From contig NC_073397.1 of the NCBI RefSeq assembly GCF_028641065.1, positions 7,812,001 to 7,876,000 on the forward strand: DNA of 64,000 nt, in the 5' to 3' direction. This document shows, one piece after another, positions 11,940 through 24,169 of this stretch. Positions within the stretch are counted from its first letter, which is position 1, and each line of letters starts with the position of its first letter. Made by a program: the position numbers and the translations under genes. This DNA comes from Leucoraja erinacea (taxonomy: Eukaryota). The notes under the pieces were generated by a model. That model saw only the letters and a program-made list of their open reading frames with translations, had not been told where the DNA came from and ran no database searches.

Positions 11940-12760
11940 GGGAGAACATTAATGGGCCTCCATACGCCAAATGGTATTGTAATCTTAATCACCGAGGCCG
12001 ATGTCAAAAGATCCTTCAGGAGGGTAAAACCTCAGTAAGTGTCTGGAACTGATGACAAATCTGGTCACATTCTCAACATCTGCATGGAACTATCCCTGGA
12101 GTTTCTACGGACATTTTCAAGCCTCATTACTGAGGTATGAGGTTCCCATCTGCTATAGAAACACAGAAAATAGGTGCAGGAGTAGGCCATTCAGCCCTTC
12201 CAGCACTGCCATTCAATATGATCTTGGCTGATCATCCGAAATCAGTACCTCGTTCTGGCTTTTTCCCCGTATCCCTTGGTTCTCTTAGCCCTAAGGGCAC
12301 CCTTAAAAGGACACAAAAGAAGAGTAATGAATATCAACCGGTGGCACTATATCCGTGGTGGTGAAGTGCTTTGAGAGGTTGGTTATGGTACACATCACTC
12401 CTACTTTAGCACGAACCTGGACCCACAACAATTTCTCTACCGCCACAATAGATCAATGGGGGATGCAATCTAGCTAAGTCTCCACTTTGCATTTTACCAC
12501 TTGGACAATAAAAACACATACGTCAGGTTGATATTCATCGACTGCAGTTCAGTTCAGCACCATCACCCCCTCCAAACCTGTCCCCAACATCAGGGAACTG
12601 GGTTTCTGCTCACCCTTTGCAACTGGATCCTTGACTTCTTCATCAACAGAGCACAATCAGTACAAATTGGCAACAACACTTCCCCTTCGACAACGATCAG
12701 GGGAACCTCAAGGCCGTGTGCTGAGACCCCTGGTCTACTCACTCAATACCCATGACTCTG
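11940..12760 (+). mobile_element. Old Rex1/Babar RT fragment interrupted by a CR1 tail (about 12154-12295)
   Basis: Degenerate LDNKNTYVRLIFID and LCNWILDF motifs. Confidence 0.75.
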
Positions 12761-13144
12761 CACTGATGTAACTGGGAAGATTTGGCCATTCATTGTGAGC
12801 AATGCCACTGTCAAATTCCCATTGGAAAACAGAAAGAGATCGGCAGTGTAGGAGCACTGAGGGACTAAATCATCTTGCCCATACACCTCCTCCTCTGCAG
12901 CCTCAATGTCTGGTCCACCTCAATATTATACACACTCCACCCAAAAGCAATGTGTTTTCCTGGAAGTGGAGGGAAAATGTGTTATCAACCTGGAGCATTA
13001 GCAAGATATACTGTCAGAAATTCTGCTCTAGCTCTGTTAAGCAACGAACCTCGATCAGGAGCTGGCACTAGCCCCCATTAAAGCAGCTAGCGTGTGCTTG
13101 AGTTGATTGCACTGATCAACAATAGTAACACGTAGGATTCTTAC

Positions 13145-13240
13145 CTTGCATTGTGACGGTTGTTGGCTCAGCGAATAACGGCAATAGAAGGAGAAAGATG
13201 AAATAGAAGACTGAGAACCCATTGTACCGGAAAGAAATAG
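13145..13240 (-). CDS. PIEZO2-like: PIEZO2-like coding exon 2
   Basis: ttttcag acceptor, gtaaga donor, 96 nt, phase 1-1. Translates (A)ISFRYNGFSVFYFIFLLLLPLFAEPTTVTMQ(G), matching the PIEZO FRYNGLS...EPT..TMQG motif. Confidence 0.95.
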
Positions 13241-14139
13241 CTGAAAATAAGAGAGGAAAGACAATTATAGGTGGAAAAGGTAAAGTCAATCATGTATTCC
13301 ATCACCAATTTGCCTTGTCAACTTTAATATATCTGCATGACTGTATTGCCTTTTTCTCAAAGAAAATTTAAAACACCTGCACACATTCGATTTTTCATGA
13401 CATCCCAAGTGACTTTAAATCTCTTTCTGGGATTCACCAAGATCAGGAGCGAACTGCCCCCAAACTCCATGCAACTGCCTTTTCCTTTCTCTCATAATTA
13501 TAGACAATAGACAATAGGTGCAGGAGTAGGCCATTCGGTCCTTCGAGCCAGCACTGCCATGGCTGATCATCCACAATCTGCATTTCGTTGTCTCTGTACT
13601 GTACACTGACAATGACAATTAAAGTTGAATCTGATCTGAATCTGAATCTGACAATCAGTACCGTATAATATTTACATTGTAATTATTAAATATTAATCAA
13701 AATTAGATTCAAAATTAAACTTTGGCCCGACATCAATTGCTGTCTGAGGGGAGCTCAATGCATCCAGCTCTCTCCAGTGGAAGCATTTATAATGTCATTC
13801 TTCTCCCTGGTTCCAAAATTTATACTTTCCCCCTTTGTCTTCAACTTGAGGTTATTTTTATGCTGTTGAGATCTGCCTTATCAATCACCCAGAATATCGT
13901 CAAAACATCACTGGTTACTGCTCAAACTTTTAATTAGAATCCGAAAATGCTGGAAATACTCAGCAAGTCAGGCAGTAACTGCAGAAAGAGAAGAGTTAAT
14001 AGAAATGTCAACTCGGTTTTTCTTTCCACAGATGTTACCTGACCTGCCGATTACTGCCAACATGTTTATGTTTTCATTTTAATCTTTCCAGCTTCAGCAG
14101 TTTCTTTATTTTCACTTTATCTTTTAAATGTCAGCAAAT

Positions 14140-14925
14140 ACAACTTATTGGCAGACCAAGCGCAGGCTTGGCGATCATTTCGCTGAACACCTCCACTCAG
14201 TCCGCATGCACCTACCTGATCTCCCAATTGCCAAACACATCAATTTCCCCTCCCATTCCCACACTGACCCGTCTGCCCTAGGCCTCCTCCATTGTCAGAG
14301 TGAGGCTAAAAGCAAATTGGAGGAACCCAATCTCATTTTTCTCTTAGGCAGCTTACAACCCAGTGGCATGATTCCTCTCACTTCAAGTAACCCCTGCGTT
14401 CCCTCCCTCTCCATCCCTCCCCCATCCAAGTCGTACCAGCTTCAAAGTCTAAAAACAAAGCCACTCTAAAAACAAAATAAAACGTTTTGTTAAGACTCAT
14501 TATCTGTAACTAGTTCTCACCTAACAAACAGCTGACAATGACCCCTTTCCTTTATCATCATTACTTTTTTGCATCTCTCTCATTCATTTGTTCTATATCT
14601 CTCTATATCATCGTCTATATCTCTCGATTCCCTTTCCCCTGACTCTCCAGTCTGAAGAAGGGTCTCAACCCGAAACGTCACCTATTTCTTCTCTCCAGCC
14701 ATCTGCCCGTCTCGCTGAGTTACTCCAGCAGTTTGTGTCTACCATCGGTTTAAACCAGCATCAGCAGTTCCTTCCCAAACCTCTTCATAGATACATCCTA
14801 GATCTCTCCAACCAACTAGTCTAGAAAAGGGTCTCAACCCAAAACATCACCCATTCCTTCGCTCCAGAGATGCTGCCTGTCCCGCTGAGTTACTCTTGCA
14901 CTTTGTGTCTATCTTCAGTACAAAA
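14140..14925 (+). mobile_element. Penelope-like element 3' end: GIY-YIG endonuclease remnant plus terminal repeat
   Basis: YWQTKRRLGDHFAEHLHSV...PIAKH.N..SH...LEE..LIF.LG.LQP.GM is the GIY-YIG C-terminal signature of Penelope elements. It is followed by two copies of the short terminal repeat. Confidence 0.9.
14652..14679 (+). ncRNA. Minimal hammerhead ribozyme motif in the Penelope terminal repeat
   Basis: CTGAAGA-A-GGGT(CTCA)ACCC-GAAA-C-GTC, in sense orientation to the Penelope ORF. Confidence 0.65.
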
Positions 14926-16236
14926 CTTCAAGTGGTATTGTCATTTCATGCCTATATAGAGAGTCTAGCAAATTCCCCACAATACATATTACACTAACTG
15001 GTCGATAATTCATTGGTTTCTCCTTCCCATCCTCCTTGAGGGAAGGGAATTTTTTAATCTAAAGGAATGGATGTCAAACGGAGTAAATTAGATCAGCAAT
15101 GTAACTGTAAACCTTGGGATGGAAGTCATCGGGTCCTGTGGATTTATCACTCTTTACCGTCATTATTTGCTTCGTCACTTTTTCTTTTCTTGGGTTAATT
15201 TTGGCTAGTGATGAACCAAATTGAACAAGATTTTGTAGGAACACCTCAACAGATCTACACAAACCTGCCCACAGAATCCCACTTCTACCCCAGCAAGTGT
15301 GAACTTGGAAACCCCAAACTCACTGGCAGTAGTTTGTTGAAAATTTCACAATGACCCTCAGTGCTGGATTCTGTGTGAAGCTGCTGAACGTTATGGCCCC
15401 TACACCTGAAAATCTGCTCTAAGGCCCGGTGCCAAGTTGCAATGGACAGTCCTCCATTCACTTCTTGGAGAAGTACAGCTACAAGACTTAAAGTGCCAGT
15501 TTTGTTAAAGGTATCTTTAAAGTACTCTAAAACCAAAATAAAACTATTGATTAATGTTTGTTTGATAGATTGATTGATGGTTTCCGGACTTCAGAAGAGC
15601 TCGTGACCGAAAATGTGACCCATGTCGTCAACTATACCCGTGTGAGGCTTGGTGTTTCCAGGAGCACAACCCGAGTGTCAGTTTTCAGGTTACGAAGAAC
15701 ACTAAGAATTAAACTTCAATAGGTTGCTCCTCCATGAATAAATAGAAACCAAATCACAAGAAATTATAAATAGAAATGCAGCAACAGTAACGTCACAGAG
15801 TTTAGCTTCGGCTCCCTTTTACTGAAAGATCAATAATGTAATTTGCAGCACACATTAGAATAATAATGCCATTGATAAGACCATCAAGGAAAGATTGTCA
15901 GGGAAGGGTCAAGAGTAGTCAATAGAGGCTTTGTCATCTATATAGGCTCATAATATGACTTCCTCCCATGGCCTCTTGATTTAAAACTTCACAGTGTGAA
16001 GGAGAGCAGTTGAATATAAGGTGCTGTGCTTCAGGAGTATGTGAGCAGAGTTACACCTGTACCTGTGCTGGGAAGAGTTGTGAAATATTTGAAAGCGCAG
16101 AGTTCACGGGGAGAGCAGGGGAACACAAGTGCCACACCTCGCAGACATCAATGCAGAGACACAGACACAGTCACACATACACAGTGAAACAGACACACAC
16201 ACAGACAGAGAGACAGACACACACACAAACAGAGAC

Positions 16237-16755
16237 TAGGGTTGCCAACTTTCTCACTACCAAATTAGGGACAATAGATCAAAATACGGGACAAATTCTT
16301 GACGGCAATTCGTTGACCAACTCGGCCAGGGTGGGTGAATGATGAGTTGGCCCGGGTGCTGGACTGCACACAACGCCCAGCTGGCGGGCCAGTTGAGGAG
16401 TTTTGGCCCGTGCGACGTCGCGTGCAGAGTCCGGCGCCCCATCTGACTCATGAACTGATGATCTACCATGAGAAGGAGTGGTGGTGGTGTCGGCGGGAAG
16501 CGAAGGTCCGAAGGTCGGATAGCTGGCTGGGCTGCCGACCGACAGGGCCACAGGTAAGGTGCTGCTGCTGCACTCCATGGGCTGCACTACGTTGGGATGG
16601 GTGAGGCGGGGCCGGATGCGGCACTCCGACCCGACAGTCCCCTCGACCTGAGTAGCAGCAGTCAAATACGGGGCAAGGGCGGTCCCGTACGGGATAAACC
16701 AATTTAGCCCAATATACGGGATGTCGCGGCTAATACAGGACAGTTGGCAACCCTA
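16237..16755. mobile_element. hAT-type MITE
   Basis: TIR TAGGGTTGCCAACT / AGTTGGCAACCCTA; 8-bp TSD ACAGAGAC / ACAGAGAT. Inserted in a CA-rich low-complexity tract. Confidence 0.9.
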
Positions 16756-17220
16756 ACAGAGATACACATACACAGGCACAGACAGTCACACGCAGAGACA
16801 CACACAGACACACAATGGCTCCATTCATTCATCATGGCCTCTCCAAGCCCACTCTCTCCAAGATGGCCACACTCAACTTTATTCCCACCAAAATGCTTCC
16901 CAGCAATGCCCCTCCCATGTTTCCATGCCTGTAAAAAGACGTTCTTTGGGAAATATCACGGACGGCCTCTGGGACTTCCTGCATCGTTTGGGTGAGGTCC
17001 AAGAATATTTCCCCATCTGAACAATCAGATTATTTATGTCCTTAACCTTTGCTTTTACACTTCCAGTAACAGCCCAGGCTGCACTCCTGAACACAGTGCA
17101 ATTCATTGAACACAAATGCAGAGATAGTGATAGATTTATGTATAGAAAAAAAAATAGAATGTTACACACACTCAGTTTAGTTAATGGATGACAGTGGCTT
17201 CCCTGGAAAAGCGACTCCAA

Positions 17221-18510
17221 ACATAGAAACATAGAAAATAGGTGCAGGAGGAGGCCATTCGGCCCTTCGAGCCAGCACCGCCGTTCATTGTGATCATGGC
17301 TGATCGTCCCTAATCAATAACCCGTGCCTGCCTTCTCCCCATATCCCTTGATTCCACTAGCCCCTAGAGCTCGATCGAACTCTCTCTTAAATCGATCCAG
17401 TGATTTGGCCTCCACTGCCCTCTGTGGTAGTGAATTCCATAAATACACAACTCTCTGGGTGAAAAAGTTTTTTCTCACCTCAGTCTTAAATGACCTCCCC
17501 TTTATTCTAAGACTGTGGCCCCTGGTTCTGGATTCGCCCAACATTGGGAACATTTTTCCTGCATCTAGCTTGTCCAGTCCTTTTATAATTTTATATGTTT
17601 CTATAAGAATACCCCTCATCCTTCTAAACTCCAGTAAATACAAGCCTAGTCTTTTCAATTTTTCCTCTTATGACAGTCCCGCCATCCCAGGGATCAATCT
17701 TGTGAACCTACGCTGCACTGCCTCAATCACAAGGATGTCCTTCCTCAAATTTGGAGACCAAAACTGTACACAATACTCCAGATGTGGTCTTACCAGAGCC
17801 CTATACAACTGCAGAAGAACCTATTTACTCCTATACTGAAATCCTCTTGTTATGAAGGCCAACATTCCATTAGCTTTCTTCATTGCCTGCTGTACCTGCA
17901 CGCCAACTTTCAGTGACCGGTGTACAAGGACACCCAGGTCTCGCTGTCCCTCCCCCTTACCTAACCTCATTGAGATAATAATCTGCCCCCTTGTTTTTGC
18001 TGCCAAAGTGGATAACCTCACATTTATCTATATCATACTGCATCTGCCACGCATCTGCCCACTCAGTCAACCTGTCCAGGTCGCCCTGCAACCTCCCAAC
18101 ATCGTCTTCATAGAAACATAGAAACATAGAAATTAGGTGCAGGAGTAGGCCATTCGGCCCTTCGAGCCTGCACCGCCATTCAATATGATCATGGCTGATC
18201 ATCCAACTCAGTATCCCGTACCTGCCTTCTCTCCATACCCCCTGATCCCCTTGGCCACAAGGGCCACATCTAACTCCCTCGTAAATATAGCCAATGAACT
18301 GGCCTCAACTACCCTCTGTGGCAGAGAGTTCCAGAGATTCACCACTCTCTGTGTGAAAAAATTTCTTCTCATCTCGGTTTTAAAGGATTTCCCCTTTATC
18401 CTTAAGCTGTGACCCCTTGTCTTCACACTGTTCACACTGCCACCCAGCTTTGTGTCATCCGCAAACTTGCTAGTGTTGCTCCTAATTCCCTCTTCCAAAT
18501 CATTAATATA
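17221..18510 (-). mobile_element. Two tandem CR1 (HER1-type) LINE 3' fragments
   Basis: Motifs KCEVIHFG, LEFRRMRG.LIETYKI, TRGHSLRIKG and RVVNLWNSLPQ. (TTTCTATG)n tails at about 17221 and 18109. Confidence 0.93.
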
Positions 18511-20199
18511 AAGATAAACAGTACACTGAGTTAATCTTTGTTCATTCCTTTGTGTTACATATTCTTGCATGTTTAACCTAGCCACTTTAACCACAGTTAG
18601 GATGTAGGGTTTGTTTATATTTAAGATTAATTCTTTGGGATAATGTTTCCCACCCCTTGGTCTATACCCATGTCTTTGCCTATAAATTACGAGATTCATA
18701 CACGTGGATCAGAGGTTCACACGCAAAGTAGGTTGGCCATTGTCAGAAATGTATTAAACAGCAAATCCAACAGACTATAGCACTATTTGTTTTGCAGCAG
18801 ACAATACAAGCGTGTTTAATTGTGTAGGAAGGAACTGCAGATGCTGGTTTACACCGACCATAGACACAAACGTGAAGGAGTAACTCAGCAGGCCAGGCAA
18901 CATCTCTGGAGATAAGGAATGGGTGACATTTCAGGTCAAGAGTGTTTTATTGTCATGTGTCCTAGATAGAACAATGAAATTCTCACTTACTGCAGCACAA
19001 CAGAATATGTAAACTATTTTCTTCAGCCTGAAGAAGGGTCTTGACCTGAAACGTCACCCATTCCTTCTCTCCAGAGATGCTGCCTGCCCCGCAGTGTTTA
19101 ATTGTTATATGCAATGAGAATAGATCAATGAACTTCATACTTGCTGCAGCCTTACAGACATATTGATGTAACAGCACAACAAATAAATATTAGAATCAAT
19201 AATACAATTATTAAATTGTCAGTGATACCAGACCATAATTATTGTAGTCAGCTTGTTATAAATATTGCAGTTGACTGGTGGGGTATTTCCATTATGGGGC
19301 TGGTCTCCCGTTGCCCCTGGATCACGGGCCTGCTATTCTTCCAACATCCCTCCAGATGCACTCTCCCACTAGGAGCTCACACAGCTTCACATTTGAGATG
19401 CACCAAAATGCACCAAAAGTGTAAAAAATAAAATAACATTTAAAAAAAATGTTAAAGACTTGCAGTTAAAGTAGTTAAAATGTTTGAACTATCTCCACTC
19501 ACATTGCACCCAACAGCTGATGGCCTCCAGTCATTTTCTGAGTTTGGCCTAGCACAGGTGGAGCCAGCCTGCGGAGAAGATCACCCTACCCGAGGACCCC
19601 GCAAGGACTATATCAGCGTGGGACTGGTGGCAGGGCACCAGGTGCCACCAGCAGCCTGTACCCACATCATCGGGCAAGCCCTGGCAGTACCGGTAGATCC
19701 GCCCATTAAATCGGGAGATCAACAGTGACGGCGGTTGTGAAACAACTAGATTGCCATTAATCATTTATGAGTTCACTAATGCCTTTCAGGGCAGGAAGTC
19801 TTCCATTCTTCTGCACTGTGCTCTACTTGGGAGCATCTGAAAATCACTCACTGCTACAGCAATTAGAGATGCGCAGTAAATCCTTCCTTGTTCCCAACAA
19901 GTGGGCATTGCAGGTATGAAATCACTCGGAGTGTTGTGGGAATAACTGAATAACATCAAGTGCTTCAGTGGAAGGTATAATTTAAATTATATGAAGAGTC
20001 ATAGACATGGAGGCATACAGCATGAAATTAAGCCCTTCGGCCCAAACCTCCGACCAAAACTTGCACCATCTACACTATACCCCCATCTGGGGAATGTTTG
20101 GCCTATGTTCCTCTATGAACTTATCCTATCCATATTGTTCTACTTACACCCTCTATATATTTTAAATGTTGCCTTTAAAAGTGCCTGTTGTTGAGGAAT

Positions 20200-20228
20200 T
20201 TTTCTTTAGTTTTTTTCTAGTATGTTGA

Positions 20229-20262
<34 letters not shown>

Positions 20263-21013
20263 AGGGTAAGGGGGAAACAATCTCCCAGTCGCTTCCTGGC
20301 GAGGGTGCGACTATTCTCCGAGTCGCGTCCTTGCCCCCCCTCCTCGCGGCCTACCGACTGGATTGGCGTGGCCTTTCCTGCCGGGGACCGGACCAGAGCT
20401 CCAGCAGCGGCGGCGCAGCGCTGGATACATGGCGTCAATTGCTTACCAGGCGATTGCTTACCTGGATTGCCGTTTGAAGCTCTGGAGTGCCAGGCCTGCT
20501 GCAACAACATCGTGGAGCTGTGGTTTCTAGAGCTTCCAGCGCGGGCAACGCTGACTTCAACATCGCGGTGCCCTGGGGCCCTTTGCCGAACTCCGCCACC
20601 GAGGGCCTGTGGAATTCGTGAGCCGCGGTCTCCGGTAGGAAGTGGCCGATCCGGATGTCCAAGCCGTCGAGGTTGTTCTCCCATTCTGACGTCGGAGTTC
20701 CATCATCCCGGCGAGAGCGCCTGCGCATCAGGCCACCTGTAGCGGCGACTGAGGAGGTCTCGGGAGGCCCCGACCACAATGTACATCAAAGAACATCAAA
20801 GAGGAGGAGGACTGAACTGGGCCTTCACTCACAGTGGGAAGCTAATTCTGCTGTGCAGGGGATGTCTATGTTAATGTTTATATTTATGTTAAAGACTATC
20901 ATGTTTTTGTTCTTTTTTATTCGTATGGCTGTATGGTGACCCTAGATTTCACTGCACCAATTGGTGCATGTGACAATATATGTCTTTCGAATCTTGAATC
21001 TCTCGAATCTTGA
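20200..21013 (+). mobile_element. GC-rich non-autonomous retroposon with a Rex1/L2-like tail
   Basis: CpG-rich body, tail TTCACTGCACC...GTGACAATA, then GAATCTT repeats. Sits between two CR1 pieces. Confidence 0.6.
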
Positions 21014-22150
21014 TCACCCTTCATTCTCCTGCTCTCCAAGGAATAATATCCTGGTAACATCCTTATAAATCTTCTCTGCACTCTCTCCAGCTTAACAACA
21101 TCTTTCCGGTTGCAGGGTAACCAAAACTGAACACAAGACTCCAAATGTGGCCTCACCAACATCTCATACAACTGTAACACAACATCCCAACTTCTATACT
21201 CAATACCCTGGATGATGAAGGCCATTGTGGCAAAATCCTTCTTGTCCATCCTATCTACCTGTAACTCCACTTTCAAGGAACTATGTACCTGCACTCCTTG
21301 ATCCTTCTGCTCCACCATGCTGCACAGGGCCCCATCATTCACTGTGAAGGTCCTGCCTTGGATTGACTTCCCAAGAATGCAACATCTCACACCTATCTGC
21401 ATTAAATTCCATTCCATCAGCCCACTTGCCCATTTGATCAAGATCCTGCAATGATTTTTGATAACCAGCTTCACCATTTACAATACCACCTACCTTTGTG
21501 TCATCTGCAAACTTGCAAATCATGCCTTGTACATTCTCATCCAAATTGTTGATATAATCCACAAACAGCAATTGGCACAACACCGATCATCGAGATACAC
21601 GACTAATCACAGGCCTCCAGTCTGGAAAAACAACCTTCCACCATCACTCTTTGCTTCCTTCCTTGCAGCCAATGTTCTACCTGTGGAACAGCATCCCTCT
21701 TCCCATCAGAACTGCCCCCTCCATCGACTCTTTTAAGTCAAGACTTAAAACTCATCTTTACTCTCAAGCCTTTCTTGACATCCTCTGAGGAAGGGCTATA
21801 TGTCTGTATTTATGTAAGTTCTTAATCTATGAACTACTGTTGTATAACGTTAGCACCTCCACCAATGTAAAGCACTTGGGTCTACGAGAGTTGTTTTTTA
21901 AATGTGCTATAGAAATAAAAGTGACTTGACTTGACTACCTTGTTGGCTTGGTCTCCCCGAATCCCATACACTCCAACCTTCCAGGGCAGCTTACTATGTG
22001 GAACCTTGTCAAATACCTTGCTGAAATTCATATAGATAATGTCTACGACTGCCTTCATCAACCCTCTTTTGTTACTTCTTCAAAATCTCAGATACATGAG
22101 ACACAATCACCCATGCATAAAACTATGCTGACTAACCCTAATCAACCCAT
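21014..22150 (-). mobile_element. Degenerate CR1 LINE ORF2
   Basis: KFADDTKVGG, LVRPHLESCVQFW and LERVQRRF motifs. Confidence 0.88.
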
Positions 22151-22182
22151 CTGTCCAACTGTATATCATCTATCTATCTATC

Positions 22183-22770
22183 TATCTATATATTATTACT
22201 AAAACTCGTCGCCTTCAGGTTTGCGTTTTTTTTTAATTTGCGCAAAAACGGTACCCTATACGTTTTTTTTTTGCCACCTTACTCAACGTTCTCCTCTGCT
22301 CCAAGCGCACTAAATTTAATTCCGATCGGTGGAATACAAAAGTTATGAAGGTTTAAAAAATCGTGAGGTCAGCAAATTGGTCTTTTCGCCTGTCATCACT
22401 ATGAAGGCAACGCCCTTTCCAGCACCCGCTGTTAATCACCGGGCAGGGAGAGGAGAATAAAGCCCTGGAGGCGGGTCTGAGTCCACGAGCCGTGCTGATT
22501 GAGTCCACGAGCCGAGCGGAGGAGAACGACCAGCGAAACGGCCAGCTAAGCAACCAGTACCTTCTGTGAGTCCCCATCGCACCCCAACCCCTTCCCCTCA
22601 GGTCCCCCTAGCTGGCTCATGCCCACCTTCCCCGTAATACCGCACACTCCCCATGGCTCTTCCCCATCTTTTCTCCGAGCTCTCTCCCCCCCTGCCCCAC
22701 AAATGCATCTCCAGAGAGAATGATTTACTTCCAAGCCAACACACAAACAAACTATCTGTACATTGAGTCG
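22183..22770 (+). mobile_element. Probable non-autonomous Helitron-like element, 5' part
   Basis: Starts TCTATATATTATTACTAAAAC after (ATCT)n, resembling Helitron-N 5' ends. No CTRR/hairpin 3' end found. Confidence 0.4.
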
Positions 22771-24169
22771 TTGGATCGGTCTGCTGTATTTTGACAATGT
22801 TTACATTGCTACAGATGCAGGTACAATCCTGACCAACAAACACAACACCACACATGACAAACAAAATGGTGTTCATAGCTACAAATACATTAGGCTGCTC
22901 CATGCTTGTTAAAGCTGTGATGAGATACCAGTAAAGAGTTAGTGAATAGTGTATTCCAGTAGCTGTTTCTCCCTTCCTAATCTCTTTGTGAATGTCTAAA
23001 TTAGACTTTAGTTCTGGATTTGGCCTGAAAGGTTCCGATTTTTTCTCAGACGCACTGAGACTCTGCGTTTCACTTCCCGAGGTCGACACTGGAACCAAAT
23101 GACACAAATTCGTGCTGGGTGATCCATGGTACAGGCTTGGTTCACTTCCAGTCAAGATCACTTGAACATTTGTTTGCATTCTGACAGCCACATCATCGTT
23201 TTCTCTTGCTTCTGCAAACCATATTGACTGGTTGCCTCACCGCCTGGTTCAGCAACTCGTAAGCCCAGGAACAAACAAGATTGCATAAAATGGTGAACAC
23301 TGCCCAGTCCATCACGGGTACTGATCTCCCCACCGTCAAATAAATTTACAAGAGATTTCCAAAAGGTAGCCAGCAGCATCAGTGACCCACACCACCCTGA
23401 CCACACACTCATTTTACTCCTGCCATCAGGAAGAAGATAAAGGAGCCTGAAAACAGTAACGTCCAGGTTCACGAGCAATTTCTTCCCTACAAACATCAGG
23501 CTATTAAACACGACAACCTCCAAATAGACCCCGAACTAGATTGACTTGGCAAAATTATTTTTGACTTTGCTATACTGTTGTCTAGTTATTTGTCTGGTAT
23601 TATAATTGTTATTTATTATGGATTTTACAGAGTAATATGTCAGAGTAATATCTGTTGTGCTGCTGCTAGTAAAATTTCATTTTTACTTTTCGGGATGTTT
23701 GACACTCTTGACACTATTGCGGTTGCAACATCTCTCGTCTCATCCTGACATGTGGGGCCAATGCTTTCTCAAGAGGCGTGGTGTGCGGAGCTGTTTGGTT
23801 CTTTAGTCGGATATTGGCCAGGCAATGATTCACACGGAGTCTGAGTTTTGAATGTCTCTGCAGCACTTGTTTCTTGTGAGGTTCCTCGACTATTCTGACT
23901 GACCTATCTGCAGTTCTACTTTAAACTGGTGAAATGTAGGAACAGAGTAAATTTGCTACCATCCTTTTTCAAAAGGTTTGCAAATCAACAGGTAGAGATT
24001 AATCAAAGATAGTCACGATGGGGGACGATCCTGTTCAGAAAATGGGTTGATCCCGTATGATCAATCTGACCAAATTTTTCAGAGGGTTAATAAAATCTCA
24101 ATGTGGCTGATGTTCCTTCCATGGATTATGTGAATTATGTGAAATAAGTGCACGCAGCACATATCACAA

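Noticed and set aside
20217-20939. Several overlapping 100-155 aa ORFs (also 43303-43902 and 61489-62220)
   Set aside because: Stop-poor frames in GC-rich repeats, with no splice or homology support.
22598-23191. 197-aa minus-strand ORF
   Set aside because: Crosses repeat boundaries, has no recognisable domain and no ATG/splice support.
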